From: an uncultured delta proteobacterium
GTDB lineage: Bacteria; Desulfobacterota; Binatia; UBA9968
DNA: 64,000 bases
Assembly (NCBI GenBank): GCA_963771465.1
Contig: CAVYTU010000002.1
Coordinates: 69,973 to 133,972, forward strand
Direction: 5' to 3'
Shown here: positions 9,499 through 19,492 of the stretch, in pieces
How the letters are laid out: each line of letters begins with the position of its first letter
Numbering within the stretch: the stretch's first letter is position 1
Notes under the pieces: generated by a model
Databases searched by the model: none
Seen by the model: the letters and a program-made list of their open reading frames with translations, nothing else
Told to the model about the DNA's origin: nothing
Made by a program: the position numbers and the translations under genes

Positions 9499-10822
9499 TT
9501 AGTTTGGCGTGATTTTCTTTTGATTGGCGACGATGACGGTAATGAGCTTGTCAGGCTGCAAGAATTGCTTGGCCACGCGCTGAACATCCTCGCGGCTCAC
9601 TTTGCGGACCAGCTCGGCATAGCGATCGGGGAAATCGAGACCGAGGCCGAAATATTCCACCAGCGTCAAAAAACCGGCGACCTTGCGATTGGTGTCGAAC
9701 CGTAGGGCAAAACTGCCAACCAAGTACTCTTTGGCATCGTTCAATTCCTGTTCGCTCACCGGTTGCTCGCGAATCTTGCGGATTTCTTCGCGGGCGATGC
9801 GAATCGCTTCCTCGGCCGAATCGTTTTTCGTCTGCATGACGAATTGAAACGAGCCGTGACTTTTATCCGCGCCGAATAAGCTATAGACCGAGTACGCCAA
9901 GCCGCGCTCGTTACGGATCGAATCCATGGCCCGGGACGAAAAACCGCCGCCGCCGAGAATATAGTTCATCACTTGGATCGCATAGTAATCGGCGTGGCCG
10001 CGTGGCACGCCGGCGTGGCCAAGTATAATATTGGCCTGGGTCAAATCTTTATTGATCCGCAGTGTCTGCACGGCACCGATTTGGCTCGGCGCCGATGGCG
10101 CTGCGCCCTCCGCGCCTTTGGTCCAACCGCGGAAAGCTTTATTGAGCGCCTGGGTAATTTCTGTTTCCGAAACATCGCCGACCACCGCCATGATCGAACG
10201 ATTGGGCCGGTAGTAGCGCGTGAAGAAGTCCTTCAAGCTCTGCGCTTGCAAGCTTTTCACCGAAGTTTCGCTGCCTTCCACCGGCCGGCCGTAAGGACTC
10301 TGCGGAAACAGTGCTGCAGCGAATGCTCGGCCGGCAACCGTACCGGGATCTTCTTCCTGGGCTCTGATGCCAGCGATGATCGCTTGTTTTTGCCGGTCAA
10401 TTTCATCCTGGGGAAACGTCGATGCGGTGAGAATCTCCGCTAACAATTCCAAACCGACCGCCAAATCCTTTTTGAGAATCGTCAGGCTCACGCTTGCGAC
10501 ATTCTCGCCCGCGCCGGTCGACAACCCTGCGCCGATGAAATCCAAAGTCTCGCTGATCTGCAAGGCGTTGCGTTTCTTGGTGCCGTAGATCAGCAACTTC
10601 GACGTCAAGATTTGCCAGTCCCGCTTGCTGCGCCGCTTCATGGCGCGAGCCAGCGTCGATCAATAATTCAAGCGCCACCATCGGCAGCGCGCGCTGCTCC
10701 GAAGTGAGCAACACCATGCCGTTGTTCAGCACCGAGCGTTTCGGCACCATGCCGGCGTCGGCGCGTGGTGCTAAGACAGCAAGCGCGAAGATCGCGATCA
10801 ATCTTAGAAGAATTATTTTCAT
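9499..10822 (-). CDS. M16 (pitrilysin) family peptidase, non-catalytic partner subunit; reading frame broken once (track ORFs 10403-10822 and 9499-10641)
   Basis: Signal peptide MKIILLRLIAIFALAVLA. The sequence ...GSRHEAAQQAGLANL joins to TSKLLIYGTKKRNALQ after a 1-nt shift near 10602-10612. There is no HxxEH motif. ATGA start/stop overlap with the upstream M16 gene. Confidence 0.75.
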
Positions 10823-12144
10823 TGGGCCTTTTCTTTGGTTGGAATCAGCACGCCAACCGTGCGGTGGTCGCGATCGAGATATTTCTTTGCCACCCGGCGC
10901 ACGTCCTCCCGCGTGACTTTGCGCATGCCGGCCAAATAACTTTCCATCTGGCGCCAGCCGCCGGTGATCTCGTAGTAGCCGATCTTCATCGCTTGGCCAA
11001 AAATCGAGTCTTGCGCGAACACAAAAGCCGCTTCGACTTGATTCTTGGCCTTTTGCAATTCTTTTTCGCTGACCAAATCGTTTCTGATTCTTTCCGTTTC
11101 GCGATCGATCTCGCGCTCCAAGTCCGCGGCGCTCTTTCCCGGCAAGAGTTGCGCGCTGATCGAGAATCCCGTCGGATCGATCGACACGGCGCTATAGTCG
11201 GCGTCAATGCCGTTGGCCAAGCGCTTCTTGTAAACCAATTCGTGATGCAAACGCGAGCTGCGCCCGCCGGCGAGTACGACTGAGAGTAGATCCAATGCGA
11301 AGCTATCAGGATTTTTCAAATTGGGCGCGTGATAATACATCATGATGAACGGCAACTCGGCTTCCTTCTTGAGCGTGACACGCCGCTCACCGCGCTGCTC
11401 CGGTTCGTTCACGTTGATCTTCGGCGCTTCGGCGCCGCGCGGGATATTGCCATAGGCCGCTTTGATCCTGGGCAACAGTTCCCCGGTGACAAAATCGCCG
11501 GTTACGACGATGAAAGCATTGTTGGGCGCGTAGTACAGTTTATAGAAGTCGACCAGATCCTGGCGCGTGAGATTTTGAATATCTTCCATCCAGCCGACCA
11601 CCGGCCGGCGGTAAGGATGGACCGTGTACGCCACCGCGCTCGCTACTTCGCCGAGCGCTGCCGCGGGATTGTCGTCGGTACGCAGCCGCCGCTCTTCCTG
11701 AATGACTTTTTTCTCCGGCTCGAAATAAGTTTCGCCCAACAACGCGTTGGCCATCCGGTCCGCTTCCAGTTCGAGCTGGATATGAATCTTCTCCCGGCTC
11801 ATGGTGGCGAAATAAACCGTCATATCGGTGGAGGTAAATGCGTTGGAGCGGCCGCCATTTTTGGCGATGATGCGCGAATATTCCTCAGGCCCGGTGGTCG
11901 GCGTGCCCTTGAACAAAAAATGTTCGAGAAAATGCGCCAGGCCACTCTTGCCGTCTTTTTCGTTGCGCGAGCCGACCCGATACCAAACTTGGAACGTCAC
12001 CGACGGACTTTTGTGATCCTCGAGCAACAGCACTTTGAGGCCGTTGTCGAGGACAAATTCTTGAACCGCTTCGGCCTGAGCCGCGCTGACCGTGATCAAT
12101 AAACTGAGCAGCCACGCGAGGTGAAAGATCGATCGCTTTATCAT
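10819..12144 (-). CDS. M16 family zinc metallopeptidase, catalytic subunit
   Basis: Inverted zincin motif HFLEH in GLAHFLEHFLFKGT. Signal peptide present. 441 aa. Confidence 0.85.
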   Translation of the reverse strand: MIKRSIFHLAWLLSLLITVSAAQAEAVQEFVLDNGLKVLLLEDHKSPSVTFQVWYRVGSRNEKDGKSGLAHFLEHFLFKGTPTTGPEEYSRIIAKNGGRSNAFTSTDMTVYFATMSREKIHIQLELEADRMANALLGETYFEPEKKVIQEERRLRTDDNPAAALGEVASAVAYTVHPYRRPVVGWMEDIQNLTRQDLVDFYKLYYAPNNAFIVVTGDFVTGELLPRIKAAYGNIPRGAEAPKINVNEPEQRGERRVTLKKEAELPFIMMYYHAPNLKNPDSFALDLLSVVLAGGRSSRLHHELVYKKRLANGIDADYSAVSIDPTGFSISAQLLPGKSAADLEREIDRETERIRNDLVSEKELQKAKNQVEAAFVFAQDSIFGQAMKIGYYEITGGWRQMESYLAGMRKVTREDVRRVAKKYLDRDHRTVGVLIPTKEKAQ

Positions 12145-12192
12145 TATGTTTAGAAACTAAAGGATGGCGGGCCAAAGTCAAGTTCGGCGGCG

Positions 12193-13446
12193 TCAAGTCG
12201 CGTTCGGCGTCGGACGCCGAGCCAAGAAAACCAGCAACGCCGAACAAAGATAAGATCCTGTGAAGCAGAAAAAAATCAGCCGATAATTGCCGTAGTAATC
12301 GAACGCCGCGCCGGCGAGCAGCGCGCCGACTCCGAGGCCACCTTTGTGGAACGGGTCGAGAACGCTACTGATGGCGCCGAACGCACGCCTGCCGTAATAT
12401 CGCGCGATGAGAATTTGTCCGAGCACCGCCGCGCCGCGCGCATTGGTGCCGAAAAGAATCGCAAAAATGAAAGCGGCGGCAGGTCCATCGACTTGCGTGA
12501 GAAAGGCCACCGTCGTGGCGGCGACCACCATGGTCATGACGTTCAAGCCGCGCGCGCTAACTCGTTCCGCCAACGCGCCCCACATGCCGCTACCGAGCGC
12601 GCCGCAGAGCGCCATCGTGCTCACTGCGCCAGCAGCGATGGGCGCGGGAATATTCACGTCGGTAAAATAAGCCGCGGTGTGAAACGCGGTGCCGCCGGTG
12701 CCGACAGAGGCGAGGAATGAACTCGCCACCAACAACCAAAGCGTACCCGTGCGCAACGCATCGGCGCGCTCCCAACTCGTCTCCGAGCTGGCAATCGCCG
12801 AATGGTGCTCGGATACATCGAGCTGGCGATCGCTCGGAGCCATGCCGTCTGGAAACAATCCGAGATCCTCGGGCTGCCGGCGTAAAAATATCAAGCCGGG
12901 AATGACGACCATCAACCAAAGCGCTATGCCAAGGGCGAGAAACGCGCTGCGCCAGCCGTAATGCGTCACAAAAAATTGATAAATTAATGACAAGCCCGCC
13001 GATCCCAGCGGCGTCGCCATCGCGACTAACCCCATGGCCCGTGGCCGCTTGAGATGAAACCAATTGGCCACCGCGGTAAAAGCGATCATGCCGCAAAGCA
13101 GAAACTCGGTGAGCGCCCGCGCCGGAATAAACGTCGCATAAAATTGCCACGGCTCGGTGCTGGCGCTCACGCCAAAGGCGAGCAATCCCACCAACGCGCC
13201 GCCCAGCGGCAACAGCACCCGTGGCCCAAAACGATCAGCCAGCGGTCCAAACAACGGCGAAAGCAAACCGCCAGATAGCGAGCCGACGGTAATCGCCGCC
13301 GCCATCAGTGTTCTACTCCAGCCAAGATCCTCGCTGATCGGTTTGAGCACCACGGCCATCGTGATGTTGCTCACCCCCGCCGCGAGCACGCCGGCAATCA
13401 TCACGATTGCGACGATCACCCAGCCGTAAAAAAAGGGCAGCTGCAC
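12193..13446 (-). CDS. MFS transporter
   Basis: 417 aa, ~12 hydrophobic helices, PLADRFGPR loop motif between TM2 and TM3. Confidence 0.75.
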   Translation of the reverse strand: MQLPFFYGWVIVAIVMIAGVLAAGVSNITMAVVLKPISEDLGWSRTLMAAAITVGSLSGGLLSPLFGPLADRFGPRVLLPLGGALVGLLAFGVSASTEPWQFYATFIPARALTEFLLCGMIAFTAVANWFHLKRPRAMGLVAMATPLGSAGLSLIYQFFVTHYGWRSAFLALGIALWLMVVIPGLIFLRRQPEDLGLFPDGMAPSDRQLDVSEHHSAIASSETSWERADALRTGTLWLLVASSFLASVGTGGTAFHTAAYFTDVNIPAPIAAGAVSTMALCGALGSGMWGALAERVSARGLNVMTMVVAATTVAFLTQVDGPAAAFIFAILFGTNARGAAVLGQILIARYYGRRAFGAISSVLDPFHKGGLGVGALLAGAAFDYYGNYRLIFFCFTGSYLCSALLVFLARRPTPNAT

Positions 13447-13528
13447 GAACCAGTCTTACTACACTTTAAGAAGGAATTTCACCGATAACGCTCAGCAGTT
13501 TGTCATCGACACGTCGCGCGACCGAGGA

Positions 13529-13557
13529 TTGACTCGCCTTTCCCTGCACCGTACTAT
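13529..13557 (+). promoter_or_regulatory. sigma-70-type promoter candidate for the UbiD-family gene
   Basis: TTGACT, a 17-nt spacer (cgcctttccctgcaccg), then TACTAT, ending ~20 nt before the AGGAGG SD and the ATG at 13578. Confidence 0.45.
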
Positions 13558-13577
13558 GACCAACAATTTAGGAGGAC

Positions 13578-15011
13578 ATGATGGCTGATGTTACTGACAT
13601 GCGGGGTTACATCGAGTTACTGAAGGAAATGGGCGAGCTGCGCGAATTGGACGGGGTGGATTTGAACTTGGAAGTCGGGGCGTTGACCGAGCGCGCGGCG
13701 GAAAAAGAAGGCGACGCGCTGCTGTTCAACAATTTTAAAAACTATCCGTCGGGTTTTCGCGTGATCACCAACGTCTTTCGCACCTGCAAACGTACCGGTC
13801 CGGCGATGGGCATCGCGGCGCAGAACGGCATCGACTTTCTCCACGAATGGCGCAAGAAACTCGCGGCCTACAAACCCGTGCCGGTGCAGCAAGTCGAAGG
13901 CGGCCCGGTGATGGAAAATCAAATGGCCGACGATCAAGTCGACTTGTATAAATTCCCCACGCCCAAATGGCACGATCTCGACGGCGGGCCGTTCATCGGC
14001 ACCGGCTGCGGCGTCATCACCAAAGACCTAGACTCGGGCAAGATCAACGTCGGCACCTATCGCGTCATGGTGCAGGACAAAAATCATGTCTCGGTGAAAA
14101 TGAACATGGGCAAACATGGCCGGCTCTCCTTCGAACGGGCGCGCGACGCGGGTAAGCCGCTGCCCATCGCCATCACGCTCGGCCAAGGCCCGGCGGTTTT
14201 TCTCGCCGCGCAGATGCCGCTGCCGCCGGACGTCAACGAATTTGAATTTGCCGGCTACTTGCAGGGCGCGCCGGTGGCCGTCGCTCGCGGCGCCGTGACC
14301 GGCCTGCCGATTCCGGCCAATGCTGAAATCGTCCTGGAAGGCGAACTACCGCCGATGAAAGATGAAGACATGCCGAAGGAAGGACCGTTCGGCGAGTGGC
14401 CTGGATACTTCACCGATGTTAACGTTTGCGAGACGCCGGTGATGACGGTCAAGCGTGTCTACTACCGAAACAATCCGATTCTACTCGGCGCGCCGCCGCT
14501 CAAACCGCCGGCGAGCTATCTGCCCATGCCGCTCGGCGCGGCGACGCTTTGGGAGCAACTTGAGAAAGCCGGCATTCCCGAAGTGAAAGGCGTTTGGGGT
14601 TTCGTCTACGGCGGACAGCCGGGGCCTTTCACCGTTGTTGCCATCAAGCAACGTTACGCTGGGCATGCCAAGCAGGCTTTACTGGTTGCGGCCGGCGCCC
14701 GCGCCGGCGCCTATGGCGGAAAATTCGTCGTCGTGGTCGACGACGACATCGATATCACCAATCCTGGAGAAGTGATCTGGGCCATCGCCACCCGCTGTTA
14801 CGTGCGCGGCGGCATCGACGTTATCAAAGACGTCTGGGCCTCGGTTTGCGAGCCGGCAATGCCGCCGGAAGAACGCTCGCCGCGCGGCTACACCTCCGAC
14901 CGTGTTTTAATTGACGCCTGCCGGCCCTACAAATGGATGGATCAGTTTCCGGCGGTCAACGCTTTCGAAAAGGAATACAAAGATAAGATCGAAAGTAAGT
15001 TCAAATTATAG
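13578..15011 (+). CDS. UbiD-family (prFMN-dependent) decarboxylase
   Basis: 477 aa. N-terminus DMRGYIELLKEMGELRELDGVDLNLEVGALTERA and overall length resemble UbiD/VdcC-type carboxy-lyases. Confidence 0.75.
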   Translation: MMADVTDMRGYIELLKEMGELRELDGVDLNLEVGALTERAAEKEGDALLFNNFKNYPSGFRVITNVFRTCKRTGPAMGIAAQNGIDFLHEWRKKLAAYKPVPVQQVEGGPVMENQMADDQVDLYKFPTPKWHDLDGGPFIGTGCGVITKDLDSGKINVGTYRVMVQDKNHVSVKMNMGKHGRLSFERARDAGKPLPIAITLGQGPAVFLAAQMPLPPDVNEFEFAGYLQGAPVAVARGAVTGLPIPANAEIVLEGELPPMKDEDMPKEGPFGEWPGYFTDVNVCETPVMTVKRVYYRNNPILLGAPPLKPPASYLPMPLGAATLWEQLEKAGIPEVKGVWGFVYGGQPGPFTVVAIKQRYAGHAKQALLVAAGARAGAYGGKFVVVVDDDIDITNPGEVIWAIATRCYVRGGIDVIKDVWASVCEPAMPPEERSPRGYTSDRVLIDACRPYKWMDQFPAVNAFEKEYKDKIESKFKL

Positions 15012-15112
15012 CCGAATTGTCCAAACTCAAAGCGCGTCGCAATATTTTGCCGACGGCAGCGTCAAACTGGTTGAAATTCGAACGCATGGCGGCCTAAAAA
15101 AGGAGTCGTCCT

Positions 15113-15766
15113 ATGGGAACAATTGAAGCGTTGAGTTTGGCCATGGGCACAGCTTGGACATCAGGTATCAACCTGTATGCCACAGTGGCGGCGTTGGGCA
15201 TCGCCAGGCAGATGGAACTGATTCAGCTGCCGCAGAATCTTGAAGTGCTCGGCCATCCGTTGGTGATCGCCATCGCCAGCATCATGTATTTCATCGAATT
15301 TTTTGCCGACAAAGTGCCCTACGTCGACAGCGGCTGGGATGCGATTCATACTTTTATCAGAGTGCCCGCGGGTGCCATCCTGGCGGCGCGCGCACTCGGC
15401 GATATGAACCCGGCGTTGGAACTAGCCGCCATGCTCGCCGGCGGCTCCATCGCCTTGGCCGCCCATGGCACCAAAGCGACCGCACGGTTGGCGATCAACG
15501 CCAGCCCGGAACCGTTTAGCAACTGGGCTGCCAGCGTCACCGAGGACGTTGCCGTCCTCGGCGGCATCTGGATGATATTTAACCATCCTTTGATCATGCT
15601 GATTCTAGTCATCGCCTTCATGGCTCTCGGCATCTGGATCGTGCCAAAAATCTTTCGCGTGGCCAAGCGTGGCTTCACCGCGCTGCGCAATAAGATGCGC
15701 GGCAGCAAGCCGGATCAAGCTGCGCCTTCTGCCGGCGCCCAGCCACCGGCTGCGGTGAATCCCTAG
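15113..15766 (+). CDS. DUF4126-like integral membrane protein
   Basis: TAWTSGINLYATVAALGI ... YFIEFFADKVPYVDSGWDAIHTFIRVPAGA resembles the DUF4126 family. Several TM helices. Confidence 0.55.
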   Translation: MGTIEALSLAMGTAWTSGINLYATVAALGIARQMELIQLPQNLEVLGHPLVIAIASIMYFIEFFADKVPYVDSGWDAIHTFIRVPAGAILAARALGDMNPALELAAMLAGGSIALAAHGTKATARLAINASPEPFSNWAASVTEDVAVLGGIWMIFNHPLIMLILVIAFMALGIWIVPKIFRVAKRGFTALRNKMRGSKPDQAAPSAGAQPPAAVNP

Positions 15767-15782
15767 TGAACAAGCAAACCAC

Positions 15783-16642
15783 ATGGAACATTCACTATCT
15801 CAGCCACCGTCAAGCGCGCTTCCAGCGACGCCCTTAACCCTCGACGGTGCCTACCTCCTGCACCAAATGTTTCGCGTTCGCTGGTCGGCCTGGAAAGGGC
15901 TCGGCAGACCGAGCAGAAACATATTTTAGCCAACGCGACGGCGCTATTCGGCGCCATGGAGCAGAACAAGCCCGAGCCGACCGGGCTTTTCTCCCTGCTC
16001 GGCCATAAAGGCGATCTGATGCTCGTCCACTTCCGCAAGAAGTTGGACGACCTCAACCATGCTGAACTTTCGCTCACCCAGTGCGAATTAAACGAATATC
16101 TCGAGCCGACCACTTCCTATCTCTCCGTGGTCGAGCTGGGAATCTACGAAGCTTCGGTGAAACTTTACGCGGAGCTGACTGCCAAAGGATGGCAACCCGG
16201 GACCGCGGATTGGAACAGCGCAGTCGAGGCTGAACTGGTTAAGCAGCGCGAAGGCGCGGCGCCGCGCCTGTGGCCGGAGATTCCGCAACGCCGCTATCTG
16301 TGTTTTTACCCGATGAACAAGTTTCGCGGTGAAGCGAAAAATTGGTACAGCGAACCCATCCGCGAACGCCAACGAATGATGCGCGAACACGGCATGATCG
16401 GCCGTCACTATGCCGGCAGAGTCACGCAAATCATTTCAGGTTCCATCGGCTTCGACGATTGGGAATGGGGCGTCGATCTATTTGCCGACGATCCGCTGGT
16501 ATTCAAGAAACTCGTCTACGAAATGCGCTTCGACGAAGCCAGCGCGGTCTATGGCCTGTTCGGCACATTCTTCGTCGGCCTGCGCTTTCCGGTAAGCCAA
16601 CTGGCCGTCTTGTTCGACGGCAAGACGCCGAGCTTCACTTAA
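15783..16642 (+). CDS. chlorite dismutase family protein (HemQ/ChdC-like heme-binding fold); reading frame broken once
   Basis: The ATG at 15783 gives MEHSLSQPPSSALPATPLTLDGAYLLHQMFRVRWSAWKGL, then a stop at 15927. A second frame continues RQTEQKHILANATALFGAMEQNKPEP... to 16642 (track ORF 15956-16642). The break is between ~15891 and 15926. Confidence 0.65.
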
Positions 16643-16701
16643 TTTCTAATCAGCCATCGGCCAATTTCGAGATCCGCTCTGGTGCGGCGCGGAGGAGAAC
16701 C

Positions 16702-17463
16702 ATGAGACTTAAGGATAAAGTCACCATCATTACCGGCGCCGCCCACGGCATCGGCAAAGCTTACGCGCGCCGCTTCGCCGAAGAAGGCGCTCATGTGGTC
16801 ATCGCCGATATCGATGGCGCCGGCGGCGCAGCGACCGCGAACGCAATTCTCGACGCCGGCGGGTCGGCCTGGTCGAGAACCAGCGACGTGCGCAGTCTGC
16901 CCAATGTCCAGGGACTCATGCAGGAGACCGTAAATAAATTCGGCCGCATCGATGTCCTGCTCAACAACGCCGCGATCTATGTCACGCAAAAACTCTGGAA
17001 AGGTCCGGTCGAAGATTTGGAATTGGCCGAATGGGACCGCGTCATCGAAGTCAATTTAAAAGGCGTATTTCTGTGCAGCAAAGCCGCGATCCCGATCATG
17101 AAGCAACAAAAGAGCGGCAAGATTATCAACATCGCGTCGGGGACGTTTTTTAGCGGCTCGGGCAACATGCCGCACTACACGACAGCTAAGGGTGGCGTGG
17201 TCGCGCTCACTCGCGTCATGGCGCGACAGCTCGGCGAGTTCGGTATCAACGTGAACTGCATGACTCCCGGCTCGACCATGAGCGAAGAAAACGTCTCGGA
17301 AGAAGTATTGAAACGGCGCGAAGGCAGCATGGACAAGCGCGCCTTTAAACGCGTCGAGACGCCCGCCGACATCGTCGGCACGGCGGTTTTCTTGGCCAGC
17401 GCCGACAGCGACTTCGTCACCGGACAGCTGCTCGTCGTCGAAGGCGGCGGCATCATGCATTAG
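16702..17463 (+). CDS. short-chain dehydrogenase/reductase (SDR)
   Basis: TGAAHGIGKA (TGxxxGxG) and YTTAKGG (YxxxK) motifs. GGAGGAG SD before the ATG at 16702. The longer track ORF beginning at 16342 overlaps the preceding gene. Confidence 0.85.
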   Translation: MRLKDKVTIITGAAHGIGKAYARRFAEEGAHVVIADIDGAGGAATANAILDAGGSAWSRTSDVRSLPNVQGLMQETVNKFGRIDVLLNNAAIYVTQKLWKGPVEDLELAEWDRVIEVNLKGVFLCSKAAIPIMKQQKSGKIINIASGTFFSGSGNMPHYTTAKGGVVALTRVMARQLGEFGINVNCMTPGSTMSEENVSEEVLKRREGSMDKRAFKRVETPADIVGTAVFLASADSDFVTGQLLVVEGGGIMH

Positions 17464-17610
17464 ATCTCGTTAACCGCAGCGGGCGATTAAGTGGCGCAAA
17501 ACTCAGTCGCATCGAGAGAACGCGCGAAGCGTGTGGCAAACTCCGCCGGAAATTTGCCGTTTAAAAGCTCGCAAAACACGGATAGTGGCGACGCGTCTAT
17601 AGCTTGGGGA

Positions 17611-18108
17611 TTAATTTGAATTCGGCGTTACGCCGTAAACGTGGCCGCAGGAGTCGCAGAAAACAATATTGAATGGCGCGAGGATAAACTGCTTGCCGCG
17701 GCCCGTCGGCGCGCCTCCGCGGCGGGAGAGCACATGTTCACTGCCGACCACGGCGCAGGAAGGACACTTGGGTTCCGCCTGGGGCTTGGCTTTGAATTCT
17801 TGCGAGAAATGAAATCCGTTGCCGACATCTTCACTGAAGTTGGGCTTTTCGTCTTCGACTGTTTTTTCCGGCTCGGGCTGAGCCCCAGCGGGTTTCGTCA
17901 CCGAATCATAGACCATTCGCTGCTGGCCGTCCGACAAGACTGCGTAGGCGTCCAGCACCTGCTTAAACTTTCCCGCCGCTTCGTCATCACCGGGGTTACG
18001 GTCCGGATGATAACGAAACACCATCTGACGATAGGCGCGTTTGATCTCGTCCGCAGAAGCTGCTCGCTTCACGCCCAGCAATGAATAGTAGTCGGTATTG
18101 GTATCCAA
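17611..18108 (-). CDS. J-domain protein with C-terminal CxxC...CxxC zinc-ribbon-like module
   Basis: [34 protein letters not shown] (HPD motif). C-terminal CPSC ... CDSC. Confidence 0.8.
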   Translation of the reverse strand: MDTNTDYYSLLGVKRAASADEIKRAYRQMVFRYHPDRNPGDDEAAGKFKQVLDAYAVLSDGQQRMVYDSVTKPAGAQPEPEKTVEDEKPNFSEDVGNGFHFSQEFKAKPQAEPKCPSCAVVGSEHVLSRRGGAPTGRGKQFILAPFNIVFCDSCGHVYGVTPNSN

Positions 18109-18170
18109 TCGCTAATACCTAGTCGCGGCGGGATAAGCGAGCCATCGGGTCATGATCATGACGGGAATCT

Positions 18171-18656
18171 TTAGCGGCGCAAGCGCCCGCGCGCGCCGCC
18201 CGTACCGGTCAATTTGCCGCGCTGTTTGTACATAGCGACGCACAAGTCGTAAATCGCGGAGCCGGCGCGGTCGTCGACAACATGCTCGTGATCACGATTG
18301 ATATATTCTACCACTAACGTGGTGTCTTTGGCTCCTCGCTGGTTGTTCGCTAGGCGAATCAATTTAGCTTCGTTCTTGTCCAGGAAACCACCAATCGTGC
18401 GAAAAATTTGCGCCTGATTGAGAAAATCTTTAGACGGCGAAACCTGATTCCGTTTCTCATCACCGCTCCGGTCGAGCTCCACAATATCGGCCGGACGATA
18501 GTAAATCGTTACCGGCGTCGGCGCCGGCGGATCTTGGTAACCGCATCGCGCGGTATAATCCTTGCCCTCGCAACGGACTTCGAAGCACTTAAGCCCACGG
18601 CGCTCCAAATCCTGGCCGATACAGCGCAGCGCAGTGGCGTAATTGATTTGCGGCAT
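18171..18656 (-). CDS. hypothetical protein (162 aa), family not recognised
   Basis: ORF with a GGAG SD before the ATG at 18656 (MPQINYATALRCIGQDLERRG...). Coding-like composition. No motif I can name. Confidence 0.5.
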   Translation of the reverse strand: MPQINYATALRCIGQDLERRGLKCFEVRCEGKDYTARCGYQDPPAPTPVTIYYRPADIVELDRSGDEKRNQVSPSKDFLNQAQIFRTIGGFLDKNEAKLIRLANNQRGAKDTTLVVEYINRDHEHVVDDRAGSAIYDLCVAMYKQRGKLTGTGGARGRLRR

Positions 18657-18751
18657 TCTTGGATCTCCGGCTCTAACCAATCGAATCATAAGACAAGCAT
18701 TCACGGCCCACGCCGTTAAGTGTAAATGGTACGAACAGTGTGTGGAAAAAG

Positions 18752-18797
18752 CAACCAAAAACTTACCGCTACCGCTATGGAAAATAGCGGTCTGCGG
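18752..18797 (-). terminator. possible rho-independent terminator after the nitrile hydratase alpha gene
   Basis: In minus-strand sense: ccgctat-tttcc-atagcgg stem-loop, followed ~10 nt later by a TTTTT run. Confidence 0.3.
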
Positions 18798-18849
18798 GAA
18801 GTTTTCAGGAATTTCCGTGGATTGGCAGCAATCTTGTGGAGAAATGGAA

Positions 18850-19479
18850 TTATTCTGGCATCGCGGACAATGCGTCCATCACGCCAATCATGCTGTCGCG
18901 GGTGACTAGTTTTTCCAGCTCGGCGACGCTCAAACTCTCGGTTCCCACCGGGCGCAGCGGCAAGACGATGTAGCGAATGTCTGCGGTGCTATCATGTACC
19001 CGCACTTCCACGTCGTCGGCTAGTTCCAAACCAAATTCGCGCATCACGCCGCGCGGGTCGGCGACCGAGCGCTGGCGATAATTAAAACTCTTGTACCAAT
19101 CGGGCGGCCGGCCGAGAATCGGCCGGGGATAACAGGAGCAAAGCGTGCACACCACCATGTGGCGGACTTTTTCGCTGTTCTCCAACACCACAAACTCGTT
19201 GATCGCCGTGGCGTCAATTGCCATCTCTGCGCAGGCCGCTTTGGGATCGGCGATCAAGCGCGCTTTGAACGCGGCGTCGGTCCAGGCGCGCGCCACGAGT
19301 TTTGCGCCGTTGGCCGGTGTGCGCGCTTCCTGATATTCAATCTGGCACTGAATATCCTTTTCAGTGATCACACCTTTTTCAACCAATAGATCGCGAATCG
19401 CATAGATACGCTTGGCGAAATGGCTCAACTCATGTTTCGGATGCTCATGGCCATGGTCATCGGTCACAGTATCGGCCAT
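18850..19479 (-). CDS. nitrile hydratase alpha subunit homolog, cobalt-type metal claw
   Basis: VVCTLCSCYPRPILGRPPDWYKS (the CTLCSC claw with Thr/Tyr is the Co-type signature). 209 aa from the ATG at 19479, with a GGGGAGG SD. Confidence 0.85.
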   Translation of the reverse strand: MADTVTDDHGHEHPKHELSHFAKRIYAIRDLLVEKGVITEKDIQCQIEYQEARTPANGAKLVARAWTDAAFKARLIADPKAACAEMAIDATAINEFVVLENSEKVRHMVVCTLCSCYPRPILGRPPDWYKSFNYRQRSVADPRGVMREFGLELADDVEVRVHDSTADIRYIVLPLRPVGTESLSVAELEKLVTRDSMIGVMDALSAMPE

Positions 19480-19492
19480 CGTGCGTCCTCCC

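Noticed and set aside
16342-16701. N-terminal extension of the SDR (the track ORF starts at 16342, giving 373 aa).
   Set aside because: The extension overlaps the 3' half of the chlorite-dismutase-family gene in another frame and is Arg-rich nonsense. A GGAGGAG SD and the canonical SDR N-terminus (MRLKDKVTIITGAAHGIG) begin at 16702.
18823-18837. Sigma-54-like motif TGGCAG-caatc-TTGT with correct GG/G spacing on the plus strand.
   Set aside because: The -12 element is GT rather than the near-invariant GC. The motif points into the 3' end of the minus-strand NHase alpha gene (antisense), and there is no downstream plus-strand gene. It is probably a chance match.
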